From a candidate division WOR-3 bacterium (GTDB lineage Bacteria; Hydrothermota; Hydrothermia; LBFQ01), in NCBI GenBank assembly GCA_027050205.1, contig JALUCS010000110.1, forward strand, positions 1 through 28,410: a stretch of DNA of 28,410 nucleotides, given 5' to 3'. The translations under genes were made by a program, and so were the position numbers. This document shows positions 26,400 through 28,410 of the stretch, piece by piece. Position 1 is the stretch's first letter. Each line of letters begins with the position of its first letter. The notes under the pieces were generated by a model that made no database searches, was not told the origin of the DNA, and saw nothing but the letters and a program-made list of their open reading frames with translations.

Positions 26400-27461
26400 G
26401 TGAAGAGGACCCCCTTTTACGACCTGCACGTTAAGGCCGGCGCCCGGATGATCGCATTCGCCGGGTACGAGATGCCCGTTCAGTACACGGGTATAGTTGA
26501 TGAGACCCTCTGGACCAGAAAGCACGCCTCCCTCTTTGACGTCTCCCACATGGCCCGCTTCTCCGTCTCCGGGCCGGAGGCCCTCCCCTTCCTCAACTAC
26601 TCCTTCTCCAACGACGTCTCCCGCCTCGGCAAGCGAAGGCAGGCCCAGTACACCCTCCTGCTCAACCCCAAGGGAGGGATCCACGACGACGCGTACATCT
26701 ACTTCCTTCGCGAAGGGGAGTACCTGGTGGTGGTGAACGCCGCCAACCACGAGAAGGACTGGGGGGTGTTGAGGGATAGGTTGAAGGGTTTTAACGCCGA
26801 TATGATAGACGTAACGGAGGAGATGGCCCAGGTGGCCCTTCAGGGTCCGGATGCCCTCCCCATAATGGCGGAGATAACGGGTATTGAGGACCTGAAGACG
26901 GCCCGGAGGAACAGGGTATTCCTCTGGAGGGACCTCATAGTGGCCACCACCGGATACACGGGGGAGAGGGGGGTTGAGGTCTACGGCCCCATCGCCCCGA
27001 TGATGGAGTTGGTTGAGACTTTACTCGCCAGGGAGGAGGTGAGGTGGGCCGGTCTGGGGGCGAGGGACATCCTCCGGGCGGAGGCCGGCTATCCCCTCTA
27101 CGGGAACGACATAGACGAGGACACGGACCCCTTCTCCGCCAACCTCGGCTGGTTCGTGAAACTAAACAAGGGGCACTTCGTGGGCCGGGAGGCCCTCCTG
27201 AACCTTGAGGTGAAGGAGTTGCGTAAGGGCTTCGTAAAGGAGGGGAGGGGCCTCATACCCCACAAGGGGGACAGGATATTCGCAGATGGTGAGGAGGTAG
27301 GCAGGATAACGACGGGCGTCTTCTCCCCCCACATCAACGGCATCATAGCCATGGGGTACGTACCGAAGGACCTGACGGGGGAGGTTGAGGTAGAGAGCCG
27401 GGGCCGCCGCTTCCGCTACGAGGTGAGGGACTACCCCTTCGTACAGCTGCCGAAGTGGTGA
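26400..27461 (+). CDS. gcvT: Glycine cleavage system aminomethyltransferase T
   Basis: Motifs KRTPFYDLH, FAGYEMPVQY, LFDVSHM, TGYTGE and GLGARDILRAEAGYPLYG. Confidence 0.95.
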   Translation: MKRTPFYDLHVKAGARMIAFAGYEMPVQYTGIVDETLWTRKHASLFDVSHMARFSVSGPEALPFLNYSFSNDVSRLGKRRQAQYTLLLNPKGGIHDDAYIYFLREGEYLVVVNAANHEKDWGVLRDRLKGFNADMIDVTEEMAQVALQGPDALPIMAEITGIEDLKTARRNRVFLWRDLIVATTGYTGERGVEVYGPIAPMMELVETLLAREEVRWAGLGARDILRAEAGYPLYGNDIDEDTDPFSANLGWFVKLNKGHFVGREALLNLEVKELRKGFVKEGRGLIPHKGDRIFADGEEVGRITTGVFSPHINGIIAMGYVPKDLTGEVEVESRGRRFRYEVRDYPFVQLPKW

Positions 27462-27462
27462 T

Positions 27463-28311
27463 ATGCTGCCCATCGCCGACTTCCATCAGGACATAATCTT
27501 CATAAACGGTATATTAGAGAGGCTGTACAGGGCGGGGTACCGGTTGGTCGTCGGGGCGGTCTGGCCCCTTCAGGGAGGGGAGGTCTGGGACTACGACAGG
27601 ACGGTGAGGGGGGTGGAGTGGTTCCTCAAGGAGGTGGAGAGGTCGCCCAACGCCTCCCTTTTGACGGACTTCGGGGAGGTCCGGACGGACAGGCTCAACC
27701 TCGTAATCGGCCTTGAGGGGGGGTACCTGAAGGAGATTGACCGGTACGAGGCCCTCTACCGGATGGGGGTAAGGCTCTTCGGCCTGACGTGGAACGTAGA
27801 CTCCGCCTTATCCACCTCATGCTGCGGGGATAAGGGAGGGAAGGGGGGCCTCACCTCCTTGGGAAGAGAGTTCCTCCACTGGGCGAAGGAGAGGGGGGTA
27901 CTCGTGGACGTGGCCCACGCCTCCTACGATGCCATATACGAGACGGTGGAGAGCGGGGCGAAGTACCTCTACTCCCACGGGGGAATCCTGAAGGAGCCGC
28001 CCTCCCAGAGGATCCTGACCTACGACCTGGCGAGGGAAATAATCTCCGGTGGGGGAGTCGTGGGGATAGGGTACGGGGCCATCTTCTTCGGGGAGATAAC
28101 CCTGCAGGAACTGGCCCGGAGGATAGGGGAGTTCTACTCCGTCTTCGGTGGGGGGATAGTCTCCGGCTCGGACTTCTTCGGCCTCGGTGGGAGCGAGTAC
28201 GAGGGTATAAGGGAGGTGGAGGACATCCACAACCTCCTGAACCTCCTGCCGGAGGGGATAAGGGAGAGGTACGCATGGGGTGAGGCTACGGCCTTCCTCG
28301 GCCGGCCTTAG
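27463..28311 (+). CDS. Membrane dipeptidase family (peptidase M19)
   Basis: Motifs ADFHQD, GLEGG, GLTWN, GGLTSLG, VDVAH, YSH and GSDF. Confidence 0.8.
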   Translation: MLPIADFHQDIIFINGILERLYRAGYRLVVGAVWPLQGGEVWDYDRTVRGVEWFLKEVERSPNASLLTDFGEVRTDRLNLVIGLEGGYLKEIDRYEALYRMGVRLFGLTWNVDSALSTSCCGDKGGKGGLTSLGREFLHWAKERGVLVDVAHASYDAIYETVESGAKYLYSHGGILKEPPSQRILTYDLAREIISGGGVVGIGYGAIFFGEITLQELARRIGEFYSVFGGGIVSGSDFFGLGGSEYEGIREVEDIHNLLNLLPEGIRERYAWGEATAFLGRP

Positions 28312-28320
28312 ACTACAGGT

Positions 28321-28410
28321 ATGCCGCTGGTACCGGCTAAGGAGGTCATAGAATGGGCGGAAGGTGAGGGGGTGGCCGTAGCCGCCTTCAACTTCAACAA
28401 CTACGAGTTC
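28321..28410 (+). CDS. fba: Class II fructose-bisphosphate aldolase, 5' end (truncated by the window)
   Basis: MPLVPAKEVIEWAEGEGVAVAAFNFNNYEF matches the MPLV...AV.AFN.NN.E N-terminus of class II aldolases. Confidence 0.75.
   Translation, partial: MPLVPAKEVIEWAEGEGVAVAAFNFNNYEF

Noticed and set aside
2881..28276. Numerous antisense and alternate-frame ORFs of 60-200 aa inside core genes
   Set aside because: These are shadow ORFs expected from GC-rich third positions. They have no recognisable motifs and are fully nested in well-supported genes.

Overview
This is a compact, mostly housekeeping region of a Gram-negative (lpxA, beta-barrel, SodC) bacterium that is probably thermophilic; a WOR-3/FCB-type lineage is a guess from style only. 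Core genes: tyrosine phenol-lyase-like enzyme, pgeF/yfiH, B12 acyl-CoA mutase large subunit, arsC, era, bcp, lpxA, MEMO1/AmrB, pncB, recF, ubiE/menG, sodC, gcvT, M19 dipeptidase and the start of class II fba. Accessory content: three secreted beta-propeller proteins with T9SS-like C-terminal tails, an AT-rich ABC-ATPase plus PD-(D/E)xK nuclease pair, two Uma2 pseudogenes and IS256 debris. Main findings: (1) an 850-aa tandem TPL/tryptophanase fusion whose halves have lost complementary active-site residues, predicting a single-chain pseudo-dimer with one catalytic site; (2) a roughly 200-240 bp non-coding element in three co-oriented copies with about 21-bp internal periodicity; (3) a candidate two-gene anti-phage module; (4) -10 boxes directly in front of most start codons (leaderless genes), an AUA-initiated recF, and strong TCGA avoidance. 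All assignments come from motif recognition by eye; no searches were run.
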